A DNA stretch of 63,457 bases from Candidatus Omnitrophota bacterium (GCA_018819285.1 JAHJQM010000023.1:1-63457), one strand, 5' to 3'; counted from the stretch's first letter, positions 49,854 through 61,157 are shown. Notes: generated by a model from the letters alone, not told the origin. A program made the numbers and translations.

Positions 49854-51824
49854 ATGCCAAAATTTCAATTAGTCGCTCCATTTAAGCCCTGCGGGGATCA
49901 GCAGCAGGCGATTGACAAGCTTGCAGATGGACTGCAAAAAAATCTGAAGTATCAGACGCTTCTTGGCGTTACTGGCAGCGGTAAAACATTTACTATGGCT
50001 AATGTGGTCAGTAATGTCCAAAGGCCTACGCTTGTGGTATCACATAATAAAACTCTTGCTGCGCAGTTATACAGCGAATTTAAAGAATTTTTTCCGCATA
50101 ATGCAGTTGAATATTTTGTAAGCTATTACGATTATTATCAGCCAGAGGCATATGTACCGCAGGCAGATATCTATATAGAAAAAGACGCTTCTATAAATGA
50201 TAATATAGACAGGCTCAGGCTATCCGCTACCAGTTCTCTTATGTCCAGGAGCGATGTTATTATAGTAGCAAGCGTGTCGTGCATTTACGGCCTAGGCGCG
50301 CCCGAAGATTATAAAGATTTATTGTTATTTTTAAAAAAGAAAGACACGATAAAAAGAAGCGACCTATTATCTCGCCTTGTAAACATACATTACACCAGAA
50401 ACGATATTGATTTTAAGAGAGGCTGTTTCAGGGTAAGGGGCGATACCATAGATATATTCCCTGCATATAAAGAAACATTTTTCAGGATAATTTTTTTTGG
50501 AGATGAGATAGAAAAGATTTCAGAATTAGAGCCTATTAGCGGCAGCGCACTCGCGGATTCTATTGAAAAGATAGCGATATATCCAGCTAAACATTTTGTC
50601 ACTACACAGGAAAGGATAGACTCGGCTATTATGTCAATAGAGACAGAGCTTGAAGAAAGGCTTAAGGAATTAAAGACGCAGAATAAATTATTGGAGGCGC
50701 AGAGGTTAGGGTCCAGGACGCGTTATGATATCGAGATGCTTCAGGAAATGGGATTTTGTAACGGTATAGAAAATTATTCAAGGCATCTAAGTCAAAGGCT
50801 TGCAGGTTCAAGGCCAAGCTGCCTTCTGGATTATTTCCCGAAAAATTTTTTGACAATAATTGATGAATCGCATGTTACAATGCCGCAACTGAGAGGCATG
50901 TATAAAGGAGATAGGGCTCGCAAGCAGACGCTTGTTGATTACGGATTTAGGCTTCCGTCAGCTTTGGATAACAGGCCTTTAAACTTTGAAGAATTTATGG
51001 CTATTGTTCATGAAACAGTATTTGTTTCAGCTACGCCTTCGGAATACGAGCTGCAAAATTCAGACCAGATAGTGGAACAGGTCATAAGGCCGACAGGGTT
51101 GTTGGACCCAGAAATAACTGTAAAGCCAACTAAGAATCAGATACCAGACCTTATTGAAAACATAAAACAAAGGGCATCGAAAAACCAGAGAGTATTTGTC
51201 ACTACTCTGACAAAAAGGATGTCCGAAGACCTTGCCGGGTATTTGAAAGAGTTGGGTCTGAGAGTAAAGTATATGCATTCAGAGTTAGATGCTATTGAGC
51301 GCTCAGAGATATTAAGGGATTTAAGAATGCAGAAATTTGATTGCCTTGTAGGGATAAACCTACTAAGAGAAGGCTTGGATTTGCCAGAGGTGGCTCTGGT
51401 GGCTATTTTGGATGCGGATAAAGAAGGTTTCCTTAGATCAGAGACATCTTTGATTCAGGTGGCAGGAAGGGCGGCCAGGAATATTGACGGCCATGTTATA
51501 ATGTATGCGGACACTATAACAAGTTCAATGAGAAAGGCTATTGAGGAAACAAATAGGAGAAGAGAGAAACAGATAGAGTTTAATAAGACAAATAATATTA
51601 CGCCCCGCTCTATTGAAAAGGCCATTAGAAACGGCATAGAATCTCTTAAAAAAGCAGAAGAGATTGTTATTGAGGCAGCTGGCCAGAGTGAAGAAGATTA
51701 TGAAAAAGAAATGGTAATTACCGAACTTGAAAGAGAGATGGAGCTTTTGGCTAGGAATTTACAGTTTGAACGCGCAGCGAAATTGAGAGACAGGATAAAG
51801 GGATTAAAAAATAATGTTAAATGA
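49854..51824 (+). CDS. uvrB: Excinuclease ABC subunit B
   Basis: [27 protein letters not shown]. Confidence 0.98.
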   Translation: MPKFQLVAPFKPCGDQQQAIDKLADGLQKNLKYQTLLGVTGSGKTFTMANVVSNVQRPTLVVSHNKTLAAQLYSEFKEFFPHNAVEYFVSYYDYYQPEAYVPQADIYIEKDASINDNIDRLRLSATSSLMSRSDVIIVASVSCIYGLGAPEDYKDLLLFLKKKDTIKRSDLLSRLVNIHYTRNDIDFKRGCFRVRGDTIDIFPAYKETFFRIIFFGDEIEKISELEPISGSALADSIEKIAIYPAKHFVTTQERIDSAIMSIETELEERLKELKTQNKLLEAQRLGSRTRYDIEMLQEMGFCNGIENYSRHLSQRLAGSRPSCLLDYFPKNFLTIIDESHVTMPQLRGMYKGDRARKQTLVDYGFRLPSALDNRPLNFEEFMAIVHETVFVSATPSEYELQNSDQIVEQVIRPTGLLDPEITVKPTKNQIPDLIENIKQRASKNQRVFVTTLTKRMSEDLAGYLKELGLRVKYMHSELDAIERSEILRDLRMQKFDCLVGINLLREGLDLPEVALVAILDADKEGFLRSETSLIQVAGRAARNIDGHVIMYADTITSSMRKAIEETNRRREKQIEFNKTNNITPRSIEKAIRNGIESLKKAEEIVIEAAGQSEEDYEKEMVITELEREMELLARNLQFERAAKLRDRIKGLKNNVK

Positions 51825-52776
51825 TAAGATATTGAATTATTTTAAGAGACACGAAGAAGGGTATATTTCAGGCGAAGATCTTAGCCATGAACTTGGAATT
51901 TCTCGCGCAGCAGTGTGGAAGCACATAGAAAATCTAAGAGAAGAAGGTTATGATATCGAGGCATTTCCGCATCTGGGTTACAAGCTAGTCTCCGTACCTG
52001 ACTCCTTGACAGAAGTAGAGCTAAAGTGGCGTCTTAAAACAGATATTATAGCCAAAAAGGTTTATTCTTACAAAGAAACAGCCTCTACTAATGATGCGGC
52101 GTATGATCTCGCAATGCACGGAGAAAAAGAGGGATCTATTGTTATAGCAGAATCGCAGACTGCTGGCAGAGGAAGGATGGGTAGAATTTGGATTTCTCCT
52201 AAATCCAAAGGCGCGTATTTTTCTGTTATATTGAGGCCGGATATATTGCCAAAAGAGGTGTCTAGCATTACGCTTTTTTCAGCCCTGAGCGTTGCAAAGA
52301 CAATTAGAGAAATGACAAATCTGGCCGCGTTTATAAAATGGCCAAACGATGTTTTGATAGATAGCCAAAAGATATGCGGCGTATTGACTGAAATGAATGC
52401 CGAGACAGACAAGATTAATTTTGTTATAATAGGTGTAGGGATTAATATAAATACAAAAAAAGAACTTCTGCCGAAAGGCGCAACCTCTATTGCAGAAGAG
52501 TCTGGCAGAGAGCTATCCAGAGTTGAAATAGTAAGAAGTGTTTTTAGAAATATGGACAAATATTATAGGTTTTTTAATAGCGGCCATATAGATGAGATTA
52601 TAAGAGAATATAAAGAATTTTCAAACTTTTTAGGCACAAGGGTTCAGGTGACATATCACGAGACAAAGATCGAAGGCTATGCTATAGATGTTGACAGAGA
52701 CGGCGCCCTTGTATTAAGAATGGATTCAGGACTCAATGAAAGAGTTCTTGCTGGCGATGTGACAATGTTGAGGTAA
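51814..52776 (+). CDS. birA: Bifunctional biotin ligase/repressor
   Basis: N-terminal HTH, QTAGRGR, KWPND. Confidence 0.96.
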   Translation: MLNDKILNYFKRHEEGYISGEDLSHELGISRAAVWKHIENLREEGYDIEAFPHLGYKLVSVPDSLTEVELKWRLKTDIIAKKVYSYKETASTNDAAYDLAMHGEKEGSIVIAESQTAGRGRMGRIWISPKSKGAYFSVILRPDILPKEVSSITLFSALSVAKTIREMTNLAAFIKWPNDVLIDSQKICGVLTEMNAETDKINFVIIGVGININTKKELLPKGATSIAEESGRELSRVEIVRSVFRNMDKYYRFFNSGHIDEIIREYKEFSNFLGTRVQVTYHETKIEGYAIDVDRDGALVLRMDSGLNERVLAGDVTMLR

Positions 52777-52778
52777 TT

Positions 52779-53513
52779 ATGTTGTTAGCAATTGATATTG
52801 GTAATACAAGTATCCATAATGGTATTTTTGATAAAAAGACTTTAAAGAGAGATTTTAGAATACTTACGTATTCTGGTGATTTGGCTGGAGACTATGAGGC
52901 AAAGTTAAAGCCTTATCTTAAGGTTATAGATTCTGTGATCGTAACTAGCGTAGTGCCGATTGCTTTAAAAAATGTAGAAAAGATTATTAAAAAAGTAATT
53001 AATAGAAATCTCATAGTTGTTGGAAGAGATGTGGGTAGCGGGGTTAAGAATCTTTACAAAAACCCTAAACAAGTAGGTTCTGACAGGCTTGTGAATGCCA
53101 GGGCTGCATATGAATTATATGGCGGGGTTTGTATAATTGTGGATTTTGGCACAGCTATAACAATAGATATTGTAAACGAGAAGCGGCAATATATTGGTGG
53201 AGTTATAGCGCCTGGCCCAGGGATTTCATTGTGGGCATTGCATGAAAAGACAGCGCTTCTGCCAAAAGTTATTATCAAAAAACCAAAAGGCATATTGGGC
53301 AAAGAAACAAAAGAAAGCATGCTCATAGGGATCATATATGGTTTCAGTAGTTTATGTGATGGCATAGTGTATAAGCTTAAAAGGCGGTATTCTAGAAATG
53401 CCAAGGTTATAGCTACTGGGGGTTTTTCTAAACTTATAGGGCCCTATTGCGAAAGCATTGATAAAATAGACCCAGAGCTTACCCTTAAAGGCCTTGCAAT
53501 AATAGCAATATGA
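52779..53513 (+). CDS. coaX: Type III pantothenate kinase
   Basis: IDIGNT, GSDR, VDFGTA, ATGG. Confidence 0.95.
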   Translation: MLLAIDIGNTSIHNGIFDKKTLKRDFRILTYSGDLAGDYEAKLKPYLKVIDSVIVTSVVPIALKNVEKIIKKVINRNLIVVGRDVGSGVKNLYKNPKQVGSDRLVNARAAYELYGGVCIIVDFGTAITIDIVNEKRQYIGGVIAPGPGISLWALHEKTALLPKVIIKKPKGILGKETKESMLIGIIYGFSSLCDGIVYKLKRRYSRNAKVIATGGFSKLIGPYCESIDKIDPELTLKGLAIIAI

Positions 53514-54583
53514 AGAATAAGCGAGTGCTAGTTGCGATGAGCGGTGGGGTGGACAGTTCAGTAGCAGCAGCTATATTAAAAGAAGAAGGTTATGAAGTCA
53601 TAGGCGCCACCATGAAGGTTTGGCCGAGGGAGTTGTGCGGCCAGGAAAAAGCAAAGGCATGCTGCTCATTAAAAGATATAGAAGACGCAAGAAAAGTTTC
53701 AAGAGCCCTTGGCATAAAACACTACGTTTTAAATCTTGAAGCGGATTTCCAAAAGAATGTAATAGACTATTTTGCAGATGAATATCTTTCAGCCAGAACG
53801 CCCAATCCATGCATTGTTTGTAATGAAAAAATAAAATTTGGAAGCCTGCTTAAAAAAGCCGTTGGCCTGGACTGTAATTTTATCGCAACAGGACATTATG
53901 CCAGGATAGAAATAAATGGTTCTTATGGGCTGAGAGAATCTGTTGATAAAGCAAAAGACCAATCCTATGTTTTATTTTGCCTGAAACAGAGCCAGTTGAA
54001 AAAAATATTATTCCCGATAGGTAAGCTTACAAAGAATGATGTCAGAAATAAGGCAAAAGAATTAAGGCTTAACATATACGATAAGCCTGATAGCCAGGAG
54101 ATATGTTTTGTGCCGGATAATAATTATTCCAATTTTCTAAAGAAGCATAGAAATATAAAACCTCAGAAAGGCAATATAATAGATAAATCTGGCAAGGCAA
54201 TTGGAAATCATATGGGTTTCTGGAATTTTACAATAGGCCAGCGCAGAGGGCTTGGCATAGCGGCCAAAGAGCCTCTATATGTTATAGAAATAAGGCCGAA
54301 GCATAATATTATTGTTGTCGGAAACGCAGAAGATGTGAAGAAAAAAAGATTTCTGGTAAGGAAAATCAACTGGCTGGTAAAGGATGCTAAAAAGGAAAAA
54401 GAATTAGAGGTAAAGATAAGATATAATCATAAAAAGGCTTTAGCTTGCGTAAAGGATTTGGGCGGTAATATTGCAGAAGTAGATTTCAAAGAACCGCAAA
54501 GCGCAATAACGCCAGGACAAGCAGCTGTTTTTTATAATGGGGGATATGTTTCAGGCGGCGGCTGGATAGACAAAGTTCTATAA
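53510..54583 (+). CDS. mnmA: tRNA-specific 2-thiouridylase
   Basis: MSGGVDSS, TPNPC..CN, KDQSY, DSQEICF, PGQ. Confidence 0.97.
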   Translation: MKNKRVLVAMSGGVDSSVAAAILKEEGYEVIGATMKVWPRELCGQEKAKACCSLKDIEDARKVSRALGIKHYVLNLEADFQKNVIDYFADEYLSARTPNPCIVCNEKIKFGSLLKKAVGLDCNFIATGHYARIEINGSYGLRESVDKAKDQSYVLFCLKQSQLKKILFPIGKLTKNDVRNKAKELRLNIYDKPDSQEICFVPDNNYSNFLKKHRNIKPQKGNIIDKSGKAIGNHMGFWNFTIGQRRGLGIAAKEPLYVIEIRPKHNIIVVGNAEDVKKKRFLVRKINWLVKDAKKEKELEVKIRYNHKKALACVKDLGGNIAEVDFKEPQSAITPGQAAVFYNGGYVSGGGWIDKVL

Positions 54584-54616
54584 GTTGACACTCTGACATT
54601 GTCAGAGTGTCAACTT
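54582..54616. repeat. 35-bp palindrome family A, copy 6 (perfect)
   Basis: AAGTTGACACTCTGACA-T-TGTCAGAGTGTCAACTT overlapping the mnmA stop. Confidence 0.9.
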
Positions 54617-54627
54617 AGAAGGAGAGT

Positions 54628-55428
54628 ATGGACAAAATAGAGGCGTTGAAAGAGATTTTAAAGAAGATGGGCAGAGTGGTGGTGGCATTTTCAGGCGGGG
54701 TGGATAGTAGCTTCCTGCTTAAGATGGCAAAGGATACTTTGCAGGATGGGAATGTCCTGGCTGTAACAGCTGTTTCAGAGACATATACTGGAGCTGAACT
54801 TAAGCAGGCAAAGAGATTTGCAAAAAAGCTAGGAGTTAGGCATAAAATAATTTTTACAAATGAACTTAAAAATAAAAATTTTACAAAAAACCCAATAAAC
54901 AGGTGCTATTATTGTAAAAAAGAATTATTTAGCAAATTAGCTAAAATAGCAAAAAAACTAGATTTTGATTGTGTGTTAGATGCGTCGAATATGGATGATA
55001 GAAAAGATTACAGGCCTGGTAGCAGGGCAAAAAAAGAGTTTAAGGTTAGAAGCCCTCTCATAGAAGCAAGTTTTTCAAAACATGATATAAGAAGCTATTC
55101 TACGAAATTAAAACTAGAGACTGCTATGCTGCCTTCAATGGCATGCCTTGCTTCAAGGTTTCCATATGGCGAAAAGATAAACAAGAAGGTATTGATAAAA
55201 ATAGAGGCAGCAGAAGATTTTATAAAAAAGCTAGGCGCATCTCAAGTAAGAGTTCGTTGCCACAATAATATCGCAAGAATTGAAGTAGAAAAAGAGGATA
55301 TAAAAAGGTTTGTGAATAAAAAATTTTGTGATAAAATAACAAAACGTTTAAAACAGCTTGGGTTTAAGTATATTACACTGGATTTGGAAGGATACAGGAC
55401 TGGGAGTTTAAATGAAGTGTTGAAGTAA
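54628..55428 (+). CDS. larE: LarE-family ATP-dependent sulfur transferase
   Basis: FSGGVDSS PP-loop, RCYYCK, DYRPG, CLASRFPYG, GYRTGSLN. Confidence 0.9.
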   Translation: MDKIEALKEILKKMGRVVVAFSGGVDSSFLLKMAKDTLQDGNVLAVTAVSETYTGAELKQAKRFAKKLGVRHKIIFTNELKNKNFTKNPINRCYYCKKELFSKLAKIAKKLDFDCVLDASNMDDRKDYRPGSRAKKEFKVRSPLIEASFSKHDIRSYSTKLKLETAMLPSMACLASRFPYGEKINKKVLIKIEAAEDFIKKLGASQVRVRCHNNIARIEVEKEDIKRFVNKKFCDKITKRLKQLGFKYITLDLEGYRTGSLNEVLK

Positions 55429-55433
55429 TTTAT

Positions 55434-55510
55434 GGCGGCGTAGCTCAGCTTGGTAGAGCAGTCGGCTCATACCCGGCGTGTCACTGGTTCAAATCCAGTC
55501 GCCGCTACCA
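55434..55510 (+). tRNA. tRNA-Met(CAT), elongator type
   Basis: Cloverleaf GGCGGCG...CT CAT AC...GGTTCAAATCC...CGCCGCTACCA. Confidence 0.9.
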
Positions 55511-55534
55511 GATTTTGCAAATTGCAAATATATC

Positions 55535-56542
55535 ATGCTTGCCACTTTTTTAGATAAAGTTAAATCCACTATAAGAAAACATAGCATGTTAGAGAGAAAT
55601 GATAGTGTTCTGGTAGGTCTTTCGGGAGGGCCTGATTCAGTTACATTGCTCCATGTTCTTTATAGCTTGAAAAAAGAATATTCATTAAATATATTGCTCG
55701 CGCATCTTGATCATAAATTTAGAGGTGAAGAATCCAGAGCTGATAGGAAGTTCTGCGAAGACTTGGCAAAAAAATATAACCTTGAGATTGTCTGGGAAGA
55801 AATAGATGTCCCAAGAATTAGCAAAGAAAAAGGAATTTCTCCAGAAGAGGCTGCGAGGTTCGAGAGATATGATTTTTTTAAGCGCTTGGCAAAAAAAAGA
55901 GATATAAATAAAATAGCTGTTGGCCATACAAGCGATGATCAGGCTGAGACAGTCCTTATGAGAATCATAAGAGGCGCTGGCATGAAAGGGCTAGGAGGGA
56001 TTAGTCCCGTTAAAGATATACAGGGGTTTAAGATAATAAGGCCGCTTATAGAGATATCCAGAAAAGAGGTAGAGGCTTTTATTTTGGAAACAGGCCTTAA
56101 ATTCAGAAAAGATTCTTCGAACAATAAAACTATCTTTACAAGAAATAAGATCAGACTGGAATTAATCCCTCTTCTGGAAAAAAATTTTAATTCTAATATC
56201 AAGAAAGTCCTTGCCAATATGGCAGAAAATCTACGGACGGAGGATGAATTTTTAAATAAGCATGCAAAGAGAAAATTTAGGAGTGTGTCGAAAGTTAGCC
56301 AGGAAGAGATTCTGATAGATATCAAAAAATTTAAAAAGCAGCCAGAAGCTGTAAGAAAAAGAATTTTAAGAGCTGCTCTGGAAGAATTCAAGGGCGACCT
56401 GAGGAGACTTACGTATCAGCACTGGAAGGAAATGGAAGATTTGATTGATAATAGGCCTGTGAACTCAATAGTTGACTTACCAGCAGGTATAAGCGTTGCG
56501 AAAGATAGAACAAATATTGTCTTGAAATTAATAAAAAGTTGA
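55535..56542 (+). CDS. tilS: tRNA(Ile)-lysidine synthetase
   Basis: SGGPDS, EEAAR..RY, GHTSDDQAET, RNKIR. Confidence 0.96.
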   Translation: MLATFLDKVKSTIRKHSMLERNDSVLVGLSGGPDSVTLLHVLYSLKKEYSLNILLAHLDHKFRGEESRADRKFCEDLAKKYNLEIVWEEIDVPRISKEKGISPEEAARFERYDFFKRLAKKRDINKIAVGHTSDDQAETVLMRIIRGAGMKGLGGISPVKDIQGFKIIRPLIEISRKEVEAFILETGLKFRKDSSNNKTIFTRNKIRLELIPLLEKNFNSNIKKVLANMAENLRTEDEFLNKHAKRKFRSVSKVSQEEILIDIKKFKKQPEAVRKRILRAALEEFKGDLRRLTYQHWKEMEDLIDNRPVNSIVDLPAGISVAKDRTNIVLKLIKS

Positions 56543-56596
56543 TTTATTCAAATAAGCTGTGGTAATATATGTATCTAATTTAGGAGATGTATTAAT

Positions 56597-58432
56597 ATGG
56601 AAAAAAAAGGCGGAAATAAGGTTAATAAGAATATTTTATTGTGGATAGGGCTGTTTTTGCTTCTTATATATATATTCAGGATAGATTCTTTCTCCCAGGC
56701 TTCGCTTCCGAAAGAGCTGAGTTATGGTGAATTTTACAGGCTATTGCAAGGCAACAAGCAAACAGTGGCCATTAAGTCTGTTGTAAAAGTAGAAGACGAG
56801 CTCAAAGGCACGCTTTCCAGCGGAACGCGTTTCACAGTGCATATACCCCAAGAAGATCCTGAGCTTTTAAATTTATTACGTAACAATGTGCCTGATTTTG
56901 ACGTTAAGCCTCCAAAGACGTTATGGACAAATCTTTTTTATTCGCTTGGGCCAATGCTTTTATTTATAGGATTCCTGTGGTTTTTTGTATATAGAGGCGC
57001 GCAAGGCGGAGGCAAGATACTTTCGTTCGGGAAAAGCCGCGCAAAACAGATAGCAGGCGATAAATTAAAAATAACATTTGATAATGTTGCCGGGGTTGAC
57101 GAAGCAAAGGAAGAACTTAAGGAGATTATAGAATTTTTAAAAGATCCCAAGAGGTTCCAGAAATTAGGAGGGAAGATTCCAAAAGGGGTATTACTCATGG
57201 GGCCTCCTGGCACTGGAAAAACCCTTCTAGCAAAGGCAGTGAGCGGCGAAGCAGGCGTGCCATTTTTCAACATAAGCGGTTCTGACTTTGTAGAGATGTT
57301 TGTGGGCGTAGGCGCCTCCAGAGTAAGAGATCTTTTTGAGCAAGCCAAGCGCTCTGCAAAGATAAGCGGCAGAGGATGCATTATTTTTATTGATGAAATA
57401 GATGCTGTTGGAAGACAGAGGTTTGCAGGAATTGGCGGAGGGCATGATGAAAGGGAGCAAACCTTAAACGCGCTTCTTGTAGAGATGGATGGATTTGATA
57501 CGCAGGAAGGCGTAATATTGATAGCAGCTACTAACAGGCCTGATGTTCTGGACCCAGCATTGTTAAGGCCAGGGAGATTTGACAGGACAATAGTTATCTC
57601 CAGGCCTGATATCATGGGCAGAGAAGCGATATTAAAAGTTCACACAAAAGACATTAAGCTCAACAAAGACGCTGATCTTAAATACATTGCAAGACAGACA
57701 TCTGGCTTTTCAGGGGCAGACCTTGCTAATCTTGTGAACGAGGCTGCTCTTTTGGCTGCGAGGAGAAATAAGGAAAATGTGGAGATGAAAGAATTAGGAG
57801 AGTCTATTGAAAGAGTTATTGCAGGGCCTGAAAAAAAGACAAGGGTTATAAACCTAGAGGAGAAAAAAATAGTTTCGTATCATGAATCAGGCCATGCGCT
57901 TTTAGCGCTTCTAATACCAGGAGCTGATCCCTTGCATAAAGTTTCTATTATACCAAGGGGCATTGCGCTTGGCTATACTATGAGGCTACCTCTGGAAGAC
58001 AGGTACATAGTGACTAAAAAAGAGCTGACAGGAAGGATAGTTGGCATATTGGGCGGCAGGGCTAGCGAAGATCTTACGTTTGGAGAGCTTTCAACGGGCG
58101 CTCAAGACGATTTAGAAAAATCTACTGATATTGCCAGGGATATGGTAATGAGATGGGGTATGAGCGAGAAACTTGGAAATCTTACTTTTGGGAGAAGAGA
58201 AGATCAGATATTTCTTGGCCGCGATATTGTGGAAGAAAGAAATTACAGTGAAGCAACAGCTGTAGAAATAGATAAAGAGATACGTAAAATCATAGAAGAG
58301 TGCTATAAGCGGGCAAAAGATGAACTGACAGCTAATGTTGAAAAATTAAAAGCCCTTGCTGAAACATTGCTTGAAAAAGAGGTATTAGATTCGGAAGAGG
58401 TAAAAAAGATAGTTTTTCCTGCACAAGTATGA
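56597..58432 (+). CDS. ftsH: ATP-dependent zinc metalloprotease FtsH
   Basis: [13 protein letters not shown], two TMs. Confidence 0.98.
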   Translation: MEKKGGNKVNKNILLWIGLFLLLIYIFRIDSFSQASLPKELSYGEFYRLLQGNKQTVAIKSVVKVEDELKGTLSSGTRFTVHIPQEDPELLNLLRNNVPDFDVKPPKTLWTNLFYSLGPMLLFIGFLWFFVYRGAQGGGKILSFGKSRAKQIAGDKLKITFDNVAGVDEAKEELKEIIEFLKDPKRFQKLGGKIPKGVLLMGPPGTGKTLLAKAVSGEAGVPFFNISGSDFVEMFVGVGASRVRDLFEQAKRSAKISGRGCIIFIDEIDAVGRQRFAGIGGGHDEREQTLNALLVEMDGFDTQEGVILIAATNRPDVLDPALLRPGRFDRTIVISRPDIMGREAILKVHTKDIKLNKDADLKYIARQTSGFSGADLANLVNEAALLAARRNKENVEMKELGESIERVIAGPEKKTRVINLEEKKIVSYHESGHALLALLIPGADPLHKVSIIPRGIALGYTMRLPLEDRYIVTKKELTGRIVGILGGRASEDLTFGELSTGAQDDLEKSTDIARDMVMRWGMSEKLGNLTFGRREDQIFLGRDIVEERNYSEATAVEIDKEIRKIIEECYKRAKDELTANVEKLKALAETLLEKEVLDSEEVKKIVFPAQV

Positions 58433-59253
58433 TAGATTTTAAATTCGGTTCCCGTACCTATATAATGGGGATACTGAATGTTACGCCTGATTCTTTTAGC
58501 GGAGACGGTATATATCAAGATGTAGATAGAGCAGTCAGAATAGCAGAAGGGATGGTTGAAGACGGAGCTGATATAATTGACATAGGAGGCGAGTCTACCA
58601 GGCCAGGAGCAGAGCCTGTGGCTATTGAAGAAGAGATAAAAAGGACAATACCTGTTATCAGGAGATTGTCAAAAAGAATAAGTGTTCCTATTTCGATAGA
58701 TACAGCCAAGGCAGAAGTTGCAAGACTTGCGTTAGAAAATGGGGCATCAATAATAAATGATATAACAGGATTGGAGTCGGATTCTGAAATTATAGACGTA
58801 GCTAGGGAATTTAATGCAAGGGTTGTGCTGATGCATATAAAAGGCACCCCACAAACAATGCAACATAGCCCGAATTATAGGAATGTTGTTCAGGAAATTA
58901 AAGAGAGGTTAAAAGTCATTATTGAAAAATCAATAACAAGAGGCATAAAAAAAGAAAATATAATAATAGACCCTGGAATTGGGTTTGGAAAAACACTAGA
59001 GCATAATCTTCAGATTTTAAACAGGCTCTCTGAATTTAAAGAATTTAAGCTGCCCGTACTTATCGGAACTTCAAGAAAGTCTTTTATAGGAAAACTCACA
59101 GGCGCTGAACCTGATAAAAGACAATTCGGTACTGCAGCGTCAGTAGCTATAGCGATCAAAAACGGCGCAGATATAGTAAGGGTGCATGACGTTAAAGAAA
59201 TGAAGCAGGTTGTTATAATTGCCGATGCAATTAGCCGTAACGGAGAAAAATAA
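58429..59253 (+). CDS. folP: Dihydropteroate synthase
   Basis: GILNVTPDSFS, GGESTRPG, DPGIGFGK, SRKSF. Confidence 0.97.
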   Translation: MIDFKFGSRTYIMGILNVTPDSFSGDGIYQDVDRAVRIAEGMVEDGADIIDIGGESTRPGAEPVAIEEEIKRTIPVIRRLSKRISVPISIDTAKAEVARLALENGASIINDITGLESDSEIIDVAREFNARVVLMHIKGTPQTMQHSPNYRNVVQEIKERLKVIIEKSITRGIKKENIIIDPGIGFGKTLEHNLQILNRLSEFKEFKLPVLIGTSRKSFIGKLTGAEPDKRQFGTAASVAIAIKNGADIVRVHDVKEMKQVVIIADAISRNGEK

Positions 59254-60011
59254 TGACTGATTACCTATCATTAGCCAAGATATTGATAGAGATAGGCATA
59301 TTATGGTTTGTGTATTATGGTATTTTACTGTTTGCAAGAGGCACCAGAGGCGTATATATTTTAAGAGGAGTAATTTTAATAACCCTGATATTTGTCATTA
59401 CCAGGCAGCTTGGGTTCGATAGGATAAACTGGATATTTACAAAAATATTTGCATTGTCTATATTGGCATTTCTTATAATATTCCAACAAGAGATAAGAAG
59501 AGGCCTTGCTAACATAGGGCAGCGCAGATGGTCCAGATTTTTCCTCAAAGAGTCAGAGATAATAAGCGAAATAACCACAACGTGTTTTTTGCTATCCAAG
59601 AAAAAGATAGGGGCGCTTATTGCTATCGAAAGAGAAATGAGGCTTGAAAATTATATAGAAAGCGGCATAGAAATAGATGCAAAAATGAATTCAGAGCTTT
59701 TGATAACTATATTCATGCCGAATACCCCGCTTCACGACGGAGGTATAATTGTTGCAGGGGAAAGGATAGCCGCTTCAGGATGTCTTTTTCCGCTTACGCA
59801 GAATCCAAAGGTTTTAACGACTCTTGGCACAAGGCACAGGGCAGCCCTTGGTTTAAGCGAGGAGACTGACGCTATAGTAGTTGTTGTGTCTGAAGAAACA
59901 GGAGGGGTTTCTGTAGCAATAGGCGGCAGGCTTACACATGACCTAGACAGAGAATCTCTGGAGAGAGTTCTAAGTAATCTTTACAGGCCGGATAAGAAAG
60001 ACAGGAAATAA
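59253..60011 (+). CDS. cdaA: Diadenylate cyclase CdaA/DacA
   Basis: Three TMs, PLHDGG, GTRHRAA. Confidence 0.95.
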   Translation: MTDYLSLAKILIEIGILWFVYYGILLFARGTRGVYILRGVILITLIFVITRQLGFDRINWIFTKIFALSILAFLIIFQQEIRRGLANIGQRRWSRFFLKESEIISEITTTCFLLSKKKIGALIAIEREMRLENYIESGIEIDAKMNSELLITIFMPNTPLHDGGIIVAGERIAASGCLFPLTQNPKVLTTLGTRHRAALGLSEETDAIVVVVSEETGGVSVAIGGRLTHDLDRESLERVLSNLYRPDKKDRK

Positions 60012-60204
60012 GTAAGGACATAACTTACGGAGTCCGTAGGACGATGTAAGTTATAAGTCCGAACTTATCCTTGACATTTTGCGGGGGATTTGAACGCACT
60101 AGAAGCTAGTTATTTTAATGTACTACGCAAAATATCAAGGATTAATTCGCACATTGACTTATGTTCACTCGCTTTGTTCGTTCCATAAGTCAAGTGTTCA
60201 TTAA

Positions 60205-60387
60205 ATGAATAATTGGATGACAAATAATTTCTGGATAAAAATAGTATCGCTGGTACTTGCTGTAATAACGTGGTTTTATGTTAACGAAGAGCTGATCAAA
60301 GAAAAAAATATGGTCAAGCAATTATATAAAACTTCGACTATAAGGCAGATTCAAAATCCATCCTATAATAAAAAGCCAGTGAAATAA
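60205..60387 (+). CDS. Short CdaR/YbbR N-terminal-like single-TM protein
   Basis: NNFWIKIVSLVLAVITWFYV directly downstream of cdaA; no YbbR domains follow. Confidence 0.6.
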   Translation: MNNWMTNNFWIKIVSLVLAVITWFYVNEELIKEKNMVKQLYKTSTIRQIQNPSYNKKPVK

Positions 60388-60407
60388 AGATCTTTTCAAG
60401 AGAAAAA

Positions 60408-61124
60408 ATGCCTAAATTAGGAGTTAATATAGATCACGTTGCAACTTTAAGGCAGGCCAGGGGAGGCGTGGAACCTGGCGCTATTGAAGCTGCTTTGATA
60501 TGCGAGAAGGCAGGTTGTGACAGCATTGTTGCGCATCTAAGGGAAGACAGGCGGCACATAAATGATAGTGATGTCATTGAGTTAAGGAGAAGAATAAATA
60601 TAAGGTTTAATCTTGAGATGTCAATAAATCCGGAGATAGTGGCTATCGCCTTGAAGCTTGGGCCTGATCAAGTTACTCTAGTGCCTGAAAAAAGGCGGGA
60701 ACTTACAACAGAAGGTGGATTAAACGTTATAAAATTTGAAAAAAAGCTGGCTAAGGTAACAGCATTGTTCAATGAAAAAGACATAGACGTGAGTGTTTTT
60801 ATTGGGCCTGACAAGAAGGAGATCCGTTCTGCTATATATATAGGTATAGGCATTATAGAAATACATACAGGAGAATATAGTCTGGCGAAAGATAAGAAGT
60901 CTATGTCCAAAGAGTTTAAGAAAATAGAAGATTCAGCCGAATACGCAATGTCCAAAGGCATTATTGTAAACGCGGGGCATGGCCTTAATTATATGAATGT
61001 TAAACCAATAGCTAATATTAAAGGCATAAACGAGCTAAATATCGGCCATTCTATAATATCTCGGGCTGTGTTTACAGGATTGTATAAAGCAGTTAGGGAT
61101 ATGCAGGCGTTAATATCAGAATAA
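60408..61124 (+). CDS. pdxJ: Pyridoxine 5'-phosphate synthase
   Basis: LGVNIDHVATLRQAR, HLREDRRHI, TTEGG, NAGHGL. Confidence 0.97.
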   Translation: MPKLGVNIDHVATLRQARGGVEPGAIEAALICEKAGCDSIVAHLREDRRHINDSDVIELRRRINIRFNLEMSINPEIVAIALKLGPDQVTLVPEKRRELTTEGGLNVIKFEKKLAKVTALFNEKDIDVSVFIGPDKKEIRSAIYIGIGIIEIHTGEYSLAKDKKSMSKEFKKIEDSAEYAMSKGIIVNAGHGLNYMNVKPIANIKGINELNIGHSIISRAVFTGLYKAVRDMQALISE

Positions 61125-61157
61125 GTTGACACTCTAACATTGTTGGAGTGTCAACTT
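61123..61157. repeat. 35-bp palindrome family A, copy 7
   Basis: aagttgacactctaacattgttggagtgtcaactt overlapping the pdxJ stop. Confidence 0.88.

Noticed and set aside
55434-55510. tRNA-Ile2 (because it is next to tilS) or initiator tRNA
   Set aside because: GGCGGCG acceptor and CATAC loop resemble elongator Met; it lacks the initiator's three G-C anticodon pairs and C1 mismatch
25118-61157. CRISPR repeats (35-bp family A)
   Set aside because: Copies are kilobases apart with no spacers and no cas genes
25118-61157. Family A as sigma70 promoters (contains TTGACA-N17)
   Set aside because: The position 17 nt downstream reads TGTCAA, not a -10 box; TTGACA is simply the palindrome arm
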